Numbered from the whole stretch's first letter, positions 1 through 13,316 are shown. The stretch is 62,876 bases of DNA, filler included, from Sluysia triapertura (GCA_046118255.1; 5 parts of 5 records of this genome joined end to end with filler, not necessarily neighbours in it); one strand, 5' to 3'. Translations and numbers: made by a program. The notes: generated from the sequence alone by a model not told the origin.

Positions 1-36
<36 letters not shown>

Positions 37-61
37 TTAATTTAATTTAATTTAATTTTAG

Positions 62-136
62 AAAGATATCGATCATCGAATATATTCGAGTAGCAATTGG
101 ATCCAAGTGCATGTAATTCATAAAGGTGAAACAATA
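62..136 (+). CDS. Cyclic nucleotide-binding domain protein (CNBD2-like), internal exon
   Basis: Flanked by ttttag| and |gtaagt. Translates KDIDHRIYSSSNWIQVHVIHKGETI and splices in frame, across a 48-nt intron, to the next exon. Confidence 0.7.
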
Positions 137-184
137 GTAAGTCAAACATATGGTTAATGTAAATAAAATATTTTATTTTAATAG

Positions 185-319
185 GGATTGGCTCAATGTT
201 TTTATGATAATCAACCATGTTTTCTGTTAATGAGTAAAGGTGTCGAAGTGTACATGATGGAAAAGAAGTTTTTTCTAAATAACAGTGTTTATAATGATTT
301 AGTTAAAATCAAAACATCA
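185..319 (+). CDS. CNBD2-like gene, penultimate exon
   Basis: atag|GLAQCFYDNQPCFLLMSKGVEVYMMEKKFFLNNSVYNDLVKIKTS|gt. Resembles the G..FGL...P...LVS.GAE.+.+.KKFF end of a cNMP-binding fold in CNBD2-like proteins. Confidence 0.7.
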
Positions 320-504
320 GTTTAGTATTCATTTTGGTTTATATTTAAATTCTTTTTAAAAACTAATTTAAAATTGACAAAATTTTGAATAAATATTTTT
401 TTAATTTACAACATTATGAAATTATAATTATGAAATTGAATCAAATTAATACGATATTGATGCTACGCTAAAAGGAACATTATGGCAGATAACTTATCAG
501 TGCA

Positions 505-690
505 GATAACTATATTATCAAACATTTAAAAAAAGTGCACAGAAGGCCGCCAAATTTTGAGGAACGATTGGACAACAACATTACCGGAAATATATACATT
601 TATTGGGATTTTATATGCTCGCGGAGCGTACGAGGCAAAAAAATTTAAAATTGAGTTATTTATGGTCAACAAAGTGGGTCCATCACTTGT
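505..690 (+). mobile_element. piggyBac transposase relic inside the CNBD intron
   Basis: KCTEGRQILRNDWTTTLPEIYTFIGILYARGAYEAK-(frameshift)-NLKLSYLWSTKW fits the PGBD E+.AFIG+L.ARG....LWS..WG motif. Confidence 0.75.
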
Positions 691-1170
691 ATCAGTTCTT
701 CCTTGATTTTATAGTTCTATATGTTTCTGACTCATCTTTTGATCTACAGTTGGGCAATCCCGACATAAATACAACTTAAAAATTTAAAAATAATGAAACT
801 GTTTCTACAATGTTTTAATTTTTAATAATAATTACATTCAAAATTATTGAATGCTTTTCGTAAACAAAATGTATTTTGAAGTATTGTTTATATCAAGTAT
901 TTTGAAAATTTGTTTAATTATTATTATATTAAATTACGCAGCTCAGTTATTTCAAAATTATTTTGAAAATTCAATCTAAATAAAATAATTGAACAAATCA
1001 TTTTTGGAACACATCGTTCTGAAATAAATACAGATATAGTATATATTTTTAAATAATTGATTTACAACATGAAAATAATTAAAATGTAATTCATTTCTAA
1101 TAATAGGAATTACTTAAATAATAATTAAAGGTAATATTTTATTACGTTTATAAATTTGTTATTAATTTAG

Positions 1171-1293
1171 GTATTGCCTTTTCCATCAGATGAAAAATTA
1201 CGAACATTGATTAAAGAAAAACGTAATTGGGACGCTTTTAAAAAGAAAACATTAAATAATACATTGAAATCATTAACATTGAGAAATAATTAA
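1171..1293 (+). CDS. CNBD2-like gene, last exon
   Basis: tttag|VLPFPSDEKLRTLIKEKRNWDAFKKKTLNNTLKSLTLRNN*. Matches the P(Y/F)PSDE.L......W..(Y/F)K tail of CNBD2-like proteins and joins exon 185-319 in phase 0. Confidence 0.7.
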   Translation, partial: VLPFPSDEKLRTLIKEKRNWDAFKKKTLNNTLKSLTLRNN

Positions 1294-1967
1294 ACGTTTC
1301 GATTGTCTAAGTATTAGTATTATTATTTCTTTATAAATTTTTGATCTTATGATCTTGTGTCTTTTAAAATATAATTATTTACAATATTTTACAAACAATG
1401 ATTATACGTATTAGTTAATTTAACGTTGTAATAAATATATCTTAATTATTACCTATATTATTATCACTTAATTATCTCTTAATTTGATTTTTGTCATCGA
1501 TATTCGAGAGTTATTTTTGTTTCTTTTTTGTATTCATTAAAATAAGAAATAACATTTGGCCCTTAAAATATATTTTGCTTTGCTTGGACTTTTATCTTAA
1601 ATTTATTTATTATATCTTAAAATTTAGTACTAGAAATTGAATGAGTTTTGTAATAATTTTATCTAATAAAGTATCTAAATTAACCTTAATGCACTTAAAA
1701 AAGAAACTAACAGTATTTTTTGCTGCAATTTAAATTTTTACAATTTTAATTATTCATAGTGTGTTTGATATATGACCTAATACTTAAAAATGTTAAGTCT
1801 GAAAATGTGATTATAATGAAATATAACTCTAAAATTTGGTCTACAACACAACTACAACACAACCACTACATAACTTTGTGTATACTTCTAGTTGTTTATT
1901 TATTGAATCTGTTACAAATATAATAAAATCAATGTCGTACCATTCAACTTTTTGGTTGAATTCATTA

Positions 1968-2430
1968 TGGGATGGTCAACCTTTTCATTCAAAATTCAAC
2001 TATTATTACATAATAAATATCACATTTCTTAACATTTCACATATTACTTTTTCAGACTTATTTAAATTTTAAATACTTTAGATCATTTTTAATTCACAAT
2101 TTCACAACATTAAAATCATAATTTACATCTAAACTTTTCAAATGTACATTTTAAAGTTAATACAAAGCATTTTAAGTTCACAATTCTTCAACACTCAATC
2201 AATAACATCATTGAAAAACATTAAATTCATATTTCAAGATCATTTTAAACATTCTAATCAAAATAGAATTTTATTTAAATTAATTTTATTTATGTTCCAA
2301 GAAAAGAAGTTTAAGATTTATATGTTAAATTTAGTTTTATTGTAAAAAGTTAGCAATACACAAATAGAGAAAAAAGATTCAATGTCATTTTCATATAAAA
2401 TTTCTTAAAAAAGAAAATAGATTAATTATT
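1968..2430 (+). repeat. C/A-rich leader repeat, subfamily R1, copy D
   Basis: Starts tgggatggtcaacc. 2073-2150 aligns with 7871-7950 (cacaatt.cacaacat..aaatca.aatt). Weak copy of the conserved block at about 2366-2420. Confidence 0.55.
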
Positions 2431-2451
2431 TATTTATTTTTAATTTCGTAA

Positions 2452-3260
2452 AATGAATTGAGCATGTCGTACACGTACTTATAAAAATTCTTTATTGATG
2501 CAAAATTCTGGAGCTTGTTCAACTAATAAACCAATATTAAATGTGCAAGAAGTTCCTGTTACAGCTCGTCCTTATGTTAGTATTAAAAATGAAGCTTATA
2601 TTCTTGATGTCTCTTTATTGGACATTTCCTAAATACAGAAATAGGAAAATACCTATTGATTATATTTGTGATGAAAATATGTGCCATGAAAAAGCACCGT
2701 TTTACGGCATATGGCGTTATGAAAGATGCACGTGTTTTAATGATCTTTTTGATGCAAAATTTAAGATTAGTGAATCAATAAGTCAGTATTTACGTCCTTC
2801 TGTAAGTGGTCGAAATTTTTCTGTTGAATAAATTATACAATATGAAATTTGACGATATAAAAGATAAATCCAGTTAACAGTACGAATGTATCAAGATTAA
2901 TACCAGCAAAGTAAATAAGTCACTTTGCATTTATCAATCAACTGAAACAGGTGAATGTGTCAAATATGATAGAAATTTCATTTTTTTTCTCATGGACATT
3001 TCGAACTGCAACGCCCTATTGACTGTATGCCAAATGTTGATGATCATCATGGATGAGTTCAAGGCTTATTATCAAGTTTAGGAATCACATCAGAATTAGA
3101 AAAATCATTCAGCAAGTGTGTTACAATTATCAGTGATTTTCAGATTCACAATTCATTCAGTTTTCCAAATCATGACATATCATCGATTTTTCTTGATGAT
3201 TATTACATTATATGTTTAATTTTATTTAGAGAATTTTATGGAATCAGTCTCATGGCATAT
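2452..3260 (+). pseudogene. Decayed coding sequence of unknown family downstream of leader D
   Basis: Codon-like, higher-GC tract: MN*ACRTRTYKNSLLMQNSGACSTN...; KIPIDYICDENMCHEKAPFYGIWRYERCTCFNDL.... Multiple stops and frameshifts. Confidence 0.45.
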
Positions 3261-3567
3261 TCAACAAAAATAAAACATTTTAATCAATTTATTAAAAAAA
3301 TTAAATTTTGTAAAGTTTTATGTAATATATGTTTTTATTGTTTTAATCATAATTGTTTAATAAATTATATTAAGACAATTAAATTAATTTTATTAACAAA
3401 ATATTTAAATAAGTATAATTCCTTAACTAAATGTTATAGAACGATAATAACCCAAACATTCCATGTATTTATCGTGCAAAGTATATTTTGCGATTTTGAG
3501 GATTACAAATTGATGAATTTTTGTGGTTTTATAGTTTTTACCATGCTATAAGTATGTGATATTAATG

Positions 3568-3860
3568 TGTGGTGAACTCAACTCGAAAACATAACTAAAA
3601 AGAAACTTCAACCCAAACTACCATAACTAGTAAAAACTCAACAAATTTCATATAACAACACTGATAACACACACAACAACTCAAAATTCAACAAACTTTC
3701 ACAATAACCATAACAATGATAACAATACCTAATTTTACGCATTTATTATTATTGTTGTAATCGAAAATGTTGTCATTAATCTATATTTACTATTACTTCC
3801 ATTGCTACGTATCTATTATTATTGTTATTAACTGAAAACTCATTAAAATTTTTATCTTCA
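3568..3860 (+). repeat. C/A-rich leader repeat, subfamily R2
   Basis: Starts tgtggtgaactcaac, has a C/A-rich strand, and shares ttacgcatttatt with the reverse complement of about 55058-55070. Confidence 0.5.
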
Positions 3861-5339
3861 AAATGCTTGCAATAGTTATTCTGTATAAAACTACACCAGT
3901 ACTAAAAAATAAACTCTAAGTTAATTGCAATCGGTACCGAAACATGTCAAAATACAACTTAAAGATGATATGAAAAAAAATTAGGTATTGATCGTGTTAT
4001 TGCAACCAGATCTAGTTAATGAAACTGTGCAAATAAAATGTAAAAATGGAACTGGTGTAAAGGTGTAAAATCTTTTCACAAAATGGATATTCATTGTTTA
4101 ATACAAGAGCATCGATTCAGAATAATAAATTTGTCAATATAAATTCTGCTATTAATAGTGATCATTGTTAATTTGCATGTAATCTTCTGGAAATTATTAT
4201 GAAGAACAGACACAACCACAAAAATCACAACAATTAGAATCAAATAATGAAGAAAATACATCATAATTTAAGCTATATCTTGCTAATTATTAATAAAAGT
4301 ATAACAAATTTTAAAATTATTGTGCCATCGATTTTTATTTGTACTAAACTTTGCAGTTAAAAATGTTTATATATTATGCTTTTTTAACAAATGACGATGT
4401 TGAAGATGAAGATGAAAATACTAATCACGGCAATATTGTACAGCATATGGATGATGAAACCAATGTTCGTGATAATGAAGATATCTTAGAATTAGACGAT
4501 TTGCCTGAAAAGGAAATCCACATTCATATCATCAATGTCATCATCATCATCTATCTACGTGAACCATTCAGATTTAGCTGCATTTCAACAATGTCATTTA
4601 TCAAAATTTAATTCCCAAAAGTTATTATTAGAACCATAATTTCAAAATATCAACTACAAGAAATATCATGACAAATACGTTTGTGTTGTCATTTGAAAAC
4701 AATTTAGTTTCTTATTGTCCGTCTCAATTATATGGGTCTCTTTTTTTATTTTTCTGGAGATATTATTTGTTAATAATTTTGTAATAATTTACATTTTATT
4801 ATTATGATTATTATTATGATTATTAAAAATAAAAATCAATATGATGTAGTAAAATTCTCTTATTAATTGTTTATCAAAAAGGTCAAGGAGTGAAACATTT
4901 AGATTTTCATCTGACATAAGTCTAAGAAACGTATTAGATAATTGTAAACCTGAACGTAAGGATTTGTCAACAATATCGAAATTAATGATCAAATTCATTA
5001 TCCATTTTAACAGATGGTTCTATTTTAAGCACTTCCATTTATATTTGTGTTATTTCATTGATATTGTCGATTTTTTGGGATTTGTGGTATTGATTTGTTT
5101 AGTGTTGTTTAACAGCAATTTAATGTGATTCTTGACCTTTATCAGAATTCTTATCTACAAAAAAGAAAAAGTAAAACAACCTAGACAGATTAGATAATAA
5201 GATTAGTTAAACTTATTGTGGAGGGTTATTTTATTAAAAGATTATTAAAATTATCAAACTTTTTAACAAGAATTAAACAAATTAACGAAATATTAAACAA
5301 ATGAAATAGGCTTAAGGCCTTTTAAAAAACTCCAACAAA

Positions 5340-5903
5340 AAGCATATATTTATAAAATCACAACTCATTCCAATTCGATAAAATGTCCAACAATAAAACT
5401 AACTCTAGTATAACAAATATAGCTGCATATAATTGAAACATAATTGTTAAAGTTGATGAAAAACAATCATTTGGTATAAAAATAAATGATAGTGTTATGA
5501 TCGAAATTAATATTGAAAATTTAGTAACCCAATAGTCATTATGAATATTATCACGAAGTAATGTCGAATTACTTACTCGGAGTAACAATAGTGACATTAT
5601 GAAAAACATAAAACGATATATTGCACTGAAATAAGTAATGAAACTACAATTTGTCTTTAATACACCGTATTCCAACTTTATGTTTGGGTTACATAATAAA
5701 AGTATTTTTCGTCATATTACATTATAATCTTCAAACAAACATGAAAATGATAGTGAGCAAATTAGTAAGTAAATCATAAGATAAATGAGTCGAGTGACTG
5801 TTGATGCAATACAATTATTACCACCGTACTTACAACGAATGATTGAGGTGGAACTAGCATAACAAATTACTGATGAAGATAAACATTCAATAAAGCAACA
5901 CAT
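5340..5903 (-). pseudogene. SERINC: Serine incorporator (SERINC/TMS-TDE) N-terminal pseudogene
   Basis: ORFs 5712..5903 and 5358..5675 are in the same frame, separated by one TGA. Motifs STVTRLIY, YR, R..IHN.YW..KF, FIP...F, FVILELVLLLD..SNWNEL*. Short internal deletion, truncated after WNEL, no introns. Confidence 0.88.
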
Positions 5904-6129
5904 TTCATTTTTGTCATTAATTCAAAAAAATCAATAATACTTATTTTTGTATTAACTTGAATGATGATACCAATTATAATGTTACAATAAAATCGCAACG
6001 TAATTTTCTAAAACTGATATTAAAATGCATTTTACATTAGGATATTGACATTTATTTTGTTAATGATTGAGAAAAAATGTAATATTATGTAATAAAATGT
6101 CCAGAATTTCCCATAAAGTTTTATTTATA

Positions 6130-7135
6130 ATTTCGTAGCATGGAAAGTGAAAAAGATCACTCATTTTTTATATATAATGCTTCTTCAATGTTAAGTGTTT
6201 TATTATGTACAGTTCATTAACGTCTTTTGGTGTTATAAATTTAAGATTTGGAGTTTTATTGAAATACTCAAGTTGAGTTCCAAATTGCAATTAATTAATA
6301 TCTGTTGATTTTATTTTTTGAAACGACTTAACTGTGCGTTTATCTGATTTATGATTTTTGTTTTTTTACTACATTAACAGGATTAATAGAATTAATAGAT
6401 TTTAATGATTCAATAATTTTGGCACTTTGTGATTTGATTTCATTATATTTAATACTTTCTGAAAACGTAAAGGAATTGTCCAATATTGCGCTTTTGTTCT
6501 TGGTTCAATATATGAAATACCTAGGTCGCATTTTTTAATTAAAATATTCGACGAAGAATGTTTCGGTACATTTGTTGTAATTTGATCCAAGCGTTGCAAG
6601 TTAACAATTTTAGAATCTATTACTTGTGTGTCATTCTGTATCTGATGGGCAGACATACAAAAAAGTTATTTTATATTACTTTGCTTTTCTTGTATTAGAA
6701 CAAACATTGTTATTTTTACTTCTAATAATTTGTTGAAAATATAAATATCCAATTTTATTTGATTTTTTGTTTAATGGAATTGGGATACTTTAAATTATTT
6801 TCTTGGCTTTATCTTTAGTATCAACAATATCTACTGAACCGGTGTACGAATTTTAACGTGTTTATATGACCTTCGTCGCATCATAGTTAATGTTCAATAT
6901 TTATGAAAAAATTTTTTAAAGTCGATTCTGCATGCTTCCTTTTATCTATGTAGTCTGTCATTGTCTTCGACAAAGTTGTGCAAGTTAACATATTTATATG
7001 ATTCAGCAAAAGTTTCTATTCGTCAATATTCTACCGGGAAGACACCGATCAAGATATCTATATTGATTTTTGCAAGTTTACACCAAGCGTTTGTCCAAAA
7101 ATGATTCCAATACTGGATCAGAATCGCATAAATAT
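6130..7135 (-). pseudogene. Decayed coding sequence of unknown family
   Basis: WNHFWTNAWCKLAKINIDILIGVFPVEY*RIETFAESYKYVNLHNFVEDNDRLHR*KEACRIDFKKFFHKY* followed by ORF 6402..6656. Stops and frameshifts throughout. Confidence 0.45.
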
Positions 7136-7169
7136 ACATATACATATTCACACAAACAAAAGAATAAAA

Positions 7170-7440
7170 GAAATGAAGTTTAAAACAGAAATCATAATGA
7201 TAACTATAATATAATTATTATATTATATGTTGATGATATTGTGATGTTACTATGCAAAAATTATTATAAGAATTATTAATATGATTGGATTTATAATAAC
7301 AATAACTATAGTTCACGATACTTATATACATTGACTATGTTTGTTTTTTAAATGAGTTAAGTAGTTTATTTAGTGTTCTCTATACGTAGGAAATGTTTTT
7401 ATTTGATGAAGTGTTGAAATTTTGATATGATTTTTCTACA
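7170..7440 (-). repeat. C/A-rich leader repeat, subfamily R2 (5' truncated)
   Basis: 7310-7430 aligns colinearly with 55160-55285 (ttatataca.tgac.atgtt...aatga...agta.ttt.tttagtg...gta.gaaatgtt...tgatgaa...ttttgatatga). Confidence 0.7.
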
Positions 7441-7774
7441 CTTATGTTATAAAATACATTTTTTTTAAATTTTAAATTTCTCTATTGATAAATGAAACAA
7501 ATTAATGAAATGTGACTAAACTTTTAAAAGAAAATACTGAATCAAATAATTAATATTGAATCAAAAACATTACTCGTAATTAAGCCTTCGGTTTTTAGAA
7601 TTAACGTGACGACAAAATTTAATAAGTCATTATTGATTTAAAATCCTGAAGAAGTGTCCACCTTTAAGGTCATAAGCTACTTTCTGTAGGTAAACCCAAT
7701 AAAGTTTTATTTTTAATGTTAATTAAAGCACAATCTAAATAAAATTCTGCAAATTTAAATTTTGAGTAAAATTT

Positions 7775-9065
7775 TAGTGTCCAACCTTTACAACCACTAA
7801 AATTTTATTAAAAATTAATATCGTTTCTTCTCTTTTATCATACTTTAACAATCATACATTCATCTCTTACATACTTTTTAAAATCAATTTATATCCACAA
7901 TTCCACAACATACAAATCACAATTACACTCAACGTTACCAATTTACATTAACTAATCCACCAAAACATGTACTCGACATTCACAATAATCCAACAACAAA
8001 CGCATTCGAGATAATCTACTCAATACTTTAGAACCCTTCATTTTACACTATACTTTAATATTTAATACTTAATATTTAACAATATTTATTTAATAGTTTA
8101 TCTGCTTAAACTAAATCACAGTCACAAACTTATAACACATAAACCACAATTACATTTAATACCATTTGATAACACCAGCAAATCTAATTGAAACATATAA
8201 AACACCTACTTCACATCTTCGAATAAATTACATCTTAAATTCACTATTCGTCTATGCATAATCATCAACAACACAGTACAACAATACCAAAAACATCAAA
8301 CAAACAAATCGCACAAAACATTGTATAATAACATCTTAAATGTACCAAGAGTTGTATTTTAGTTGCCTTTCTATATTTATCAAATTACAATCTTCTCAAT
8401 AAGCCTTATCCACGATCTTCCAATACTTAAATCTTGTTTTCAATTATAAACTTCTATCAATATCTAATATCTTATTCTAACATTCTCTATTTCATTTTAT
8501 GATTCAAATCAATTAATATATCTTTAAAGATTAATTATATTTATCAATTCTTTCGAAACAATTATTACTCAGAAATTTAGTCCCAAATAAATTTTTATTT
8601 CATTTCAATATCTTAGAAATCTTTAAGAATTTAAGGAAAATCGTATATAGTTTTATAGAATTCAATTTTATACAACAAAATAATAACGATAACTCGAGCA
8701 CCTTGTTATCGTCGCTATTTCACTTAATTTTATCAATTTTTGTTTCATTTTTTGTCTTTTATATGTTAAGAAATAAGGACTTAAGAGAAAGAAAGATTAT
8801 GTAAGTTATAAAAAAGAAAATTTATGCGTTGTTTTTAATTTTCTTTTTATTAATAATAATAACAATATTGTTATTGTTATTATATTATTATCAATTATTA
8901 AATTAATTATTATTTAAATTTTTATGACACAAAATTGATTACTACCATCACCAGTGTTGACAGTGCTCATCACAATTTTCATTAACGTGTCAACACTGAT
9001 GATGACCAACCAGTCATTATTTTTCTACATGGAGTTCGTTGTTCTGGCCATCATCCAATCAGGAT
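7775..9065 (+). repeat. C/A-rich leader repeat, subfamily R1, copy A, with hairpin/CCAAT module
   Basis: C/A-rich strand; gaaagattatgt (8791) and agaaaatttatgc (8815); actaccatcaccagtg; 17-bp inverted repeat 8946-8962/8988-9004; CCAATCAG at 9055. Confidence 0.7.
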
Positions 9066-9267
9066 TAATTTTATTGAAATGTACATTAGTAAACCCTAAT
9101 TTGATGACCAAATAATAAACTTGAAACCAAAAAAACTAAAAATAAAAATAAAAATTATAAGTGAATAAAGAATAAGTGAAGAGATACCACAATTATATTA
9201 TTAAATTTATCAAAAATCAGTTCTTTCAATTAATAAAAAATTTTTCTAGTTTGATGTTACTTTAATA

Positions 9268-10560
9268 ATGACAATTCAATCAACGCATAAAAAAGTAAAA
9301 AGAGGCCATCAAAAGTTAAAGTTAATTCATTTAAATGAGCCTCTCAAATATGTTCCTGTGTGGAGACTTAATTGTTCATTTACACAAATCAACCATGCAA
9401 AATCAAGAGCTGTTTTATTAAACAATGATTATAAACCTGATCGTGAACAAAAGTTCACGATCAATCTTTTAACAAAGAAAATATGCCTAGCCGATATAAA
9501 TTCAAAAATTATTATATTTCGATATATCAAAGTTTGAAACGACTATTTAATATTAATGATCCGAATTATCTTTATGCTTTTACTAAAAAGAAACCAGAAT
9601 GGAGTCCGAATAAGAAATCTCTGTTGACATATGATCATCATTTTTTGTCGAGATTATAACTAGCGATGATGTTGAACAAGTATATTATTTATTAGAAGCG
9701 TATCATACATACAATTTTGATTCGTATGGAAAAGTTCTTAACCTCTTGATTTAACTATGTATCGAATAATAGTATTTGATCAAATTTACAAAAAGACTAA
9801 AACGATAGTATTATCAAAATCAGTTCGCAAACGCATTCCAATTAAAGATAATACAGCAAGGATCCAAACATATGTTAAAAAGTTATTAGATGAATCATAC
9901 TTTAATTATAGCGATTGTTCTGCGAATTCACAAAACACTCTCATTCGGTTTGACTGCGCCAAACTAACCACTGAAAGTGATGTTATGTTCAATTCTATTA
10001 AGATTTATGTCTCAAACGAAGTTCCTAATCATGCAGATATTTTAAATTCTCTCATAATGATGTTGATCAACAAAAAGTATGATATTGCGATTCAGTATCC
10101 GTCAATCCAAAAGCAAGCAAAATCAATCAAAATTAATTACGATCGTCTCGTCGTTGAATTGGACAATTTAAAACCGGCGTTTATTTCAATTAAATCTTTT
10201 ATTGATGAAACTTTTTATATTACAATCGAAATGACTATTGCCGGACCGAAAATTAAGTATCAATTCCATTTATATCTTCAGTTTAACTGTTCGTTTATAT
10301 ATTGATCTAGTGAGGACACGAAGTTTCATCAATTCCAATATTACCCAAAAAGCTAACCATAACGGTCATGTTAAGATCATGTCTTTGGCAATTTTTGATT
10401 GTTTTCATATAATTTATTGTCTTATTATGTTGTACTTTTTAGATTACGCGCACAGTATTTGGATTTACGAAGTGCCACGTGGTGCAGCGAAAAATTCAAC
10501 AATCAAAAGTTCAACATTCAAAAGCAATTTAAAGTTTTCATATCTATTCTTTTGTATATT
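9268..10560 (+). pseudogene. Orphan gene family member A (frameshifted)
   Basis: ORFs 9268..9537, 9757..10305 and 10238.. are linked by frameshifts. Shares ordered motifs with 22450-23170 (EI...DV.Q++; VSNE..N....L......KK; LTVR++.+L). Confidence 0.6.
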
Positions 10561-13143
10561 AAATAAAATTTCCTGTGTAGGTTATTATAAAAACTTTGTC
10601 ATTTATATAAGTCAAGAGAAACTAACATTTAAAAGAACTAAATATATGTTAAGAAAAGTTAAGAAATGATGTACTTACAATTATTGAATGATAAATTTTC
10701 TAATAGTAATTTCGTCATAAGAATATGCAATTCGGTAGATCTAATATTAAATTGACATTTAACAAATATATAATTGTTAATATCTATCTAAAAACTTTAA
10801 ATAAAATTAGAACTCTAAAAGTTTATACAGGATACGAATTTATTTCATTAATTTCGAAACTCGGCCAAATAGCAACATTACTCAGTTGCTGTCCGACTTC
10901 AAAACAAACTTTTTCCCAAAATTTAAGAAAAAACAAGAGGTTGTAATAGGAGGATAATTTAATAAAAAATAAATGAATAATCTAATGAAAGCGGATAATT
11001 TGTTGAAGCACTAAATGCATTCAATTTTAAAATCACAAGTGTAGAAATATACATTTATTAATATTTCATTTATTAACAATTCATATTGTTAGAAATGTTA
11101 ATATGTAAATGTAAATGGATTGTTAGATATATCTAGCTATTTTTATTTACTTTTAAAGAAGATTTGAAGAATAAAAATTGTGTTTGATATGAAAAGATTG
11201 AAAATCGAAACTAATCAGAAATTGAAAATTGAACAGCTGAATACAGACATATCCAGTAAGAGATTGAAAAAATAATACATTTTGCATATGACATAGATAG
11301 ATACATAGACAGATAGATAAGCGTAAAAAATGTTGTAGATGTGATAAATTTGTTGAATTCGGAAATAATTCGATTATGAAGAATAAAACGATTCAAAATT
11401 AGTAAAATAATGACGAAATAAATAAATTGTTTATTTGGTTGAGATAAACGTTGAAATATAAGTTTTAATTTAAATTCTCTATATTATTTGAAGTTTATAA
11501 ACATTTATTTATTTAAATGCACGAAAATTTAAATAAAAAAATAAATAATGCTTACAAAACATCAAAAGAAAATTTGTCACACTTAACAAAATATTTTATT
11601 TTAATTATTATAATGCTGCACTTCCTGGAAAAATTATTGTTCCAGATGTATATTTCACATGTACCAAAGTTAATATTAAATCTAGTGCTCAAATATAATC
11701 AAATATTTTTACCTTTCAAATAACACTAGTGATATTCTATTCAAATTTCTGATGCTTATATATTGTTTTTCTTTATTTAGAATTTATAGTCAATAACTAT
11801 TCACTTATCATCATTTGAGATCTTTGCTAACCTGCATCTATCTAATCCAATTTAACTCCTTAATAATTTATTTGTAACGGATCCTATAGAGTATATAATA
11901 TATACACTAATTATTTACACTTTTTATTATCGCTTTGATACTATAATTGTACCGCGTTTTATAATTCATATTATAATTATAACTATGTATTTTATTCATT
12001 TATATTCACCCTGCTAGTATTTGTTTGGCTAATAGTATTCACTTTTTAGTGGATTTTCCGGGTTTTAATGGCGTCTGTGTCTAAACCATGATCTTGTTTG
12101 GAAGCTAACTTAGTATGATAGGTACTTTGCCTTTTTTTCTTCATGTTAGTTTCATAAAATCTGGCTTCCACTTTGGTGTTAAAATGTGTTTATTATTACT
12201 TTTGCTGTTTATGAAAACGTAATATAGTATTTTTAAACGTTCTGAGTTATAAAGTAAATGCTCATTGATATTTCATTATTTTAAAGTAACTGCAATGCAG
12301 TCTTATTTAAAATATTTCTATTTTCAAAAAATTTTCAAACTTGGGTTATCAAACTTTAGTTGATTTTGTAATAATAATAAATTTTCAGTAACATTATTAT
12401 TAAACAAATTCAATCTAACTAAACGATAATTAGTTTTACAACATATAATACAAAAATGTTGAAATTTATTTTGAAATCTAAGCATGAATAATTTATCAAT
12501 AAAAATTGATTACAAAATTTATTGCTGAGCTTTTTGAAATTAATTCATTGTTTTGCAACATATGTATCAAATATTAAAACTAACAAGAAGATAATGTGCA
12601 CCATCTATTTATGTTTTTTATGCTTAACTGAATTACGTTAAGAAATACCATACGTTTTCAACTTCACATTGGGGCATTAAACTATTTCAGTTTGATAAAG
12701 AAATTTAAAATTTAGAAAATAAGCAACAAAACATTTAAATATAAAATAAAATAGCTTTTATCTTTATTAAATATACAGAACAGAAATAAATTAAACACAG
12801 TGTAAAGAATAAACAACAAAGTGTGAGAAATTAAAGAGTAAAGCAATAGAATAAATCGAGAATTTATTGTGAGTTCACCAATGTATTGGGCTTACCAATT
12901 AAGGCCAGCCGTTGGATTTTGATAAATTAAAACAAAGTCTCAAAAGTGTAGGGTGTATTAAAAACTTTTAGCTGCCTGGAGGTAAATGATGGTATAAGAT
13001 TTATTTAAAAGAATTAATAACAATAATCAAGTTTATAAAATGATTTTTCGTCGATTCCTTTATATGAAATCTTTAAATGTTATTGTAAATCATAAAACGA
13101 CTAATTTTATATTTGGAACTATGTAATTTGTAATTTATGAAAA

Positions 13144-13243
13144 NNNNNNNNNNNNNNNNNNNNNNNNNNNNNNNNNNNNNNNNNNNNTTAATTAATTAAN
13201 NNNNNNNNNNNNNNNNNNNNNNNNNNNNNNNNNNNNNNNNNNN
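13144..13243. other. Assembly gap with artificial six-frame-stop linker
   Basis: N44-TTAATTAATTAA-N44, identical at four places in the window. Confidence 0.97.
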
Positions 13244-13267
13244 ATAATAATAATAATAATAATAATA

Positions 13268-13315
<48 letters not shown>

Positions 13316-13316
13316 G
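13244..13316. repeat. (AAT)n(ATT)n inverted microsatellite
   Basis: An AAT run switches directly to an ATT run. Confidence 0.9.

Noticed and set aside
3860-4520. Acidic ORF 4351..4611 and the upstream codon-like tract behind the R2 leader
   Set aside because: Probably decayed coding cargo, but no motif is identifiable, so it is not listed as a feature.
5358-5714. TGA at positions where Trp is expected (SERINC WNEL*, others), suggesting TGA=Trp recoding
   Set aside because: The other relics contain TAA/TAG stops and frameshifts just as often, one SERINC TGA falls at a non-Trp position, and intact exons use TGG. TGG>TGA decay under AT bias suffices.
13188-13199. TTAATTAATTAA palindrome repeated four times inside N runs
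   Set aside because: Artificial six-frame-stop linker in 100-nt gaps. It is not biological, and adjacency across the gaps cannot be trusted.
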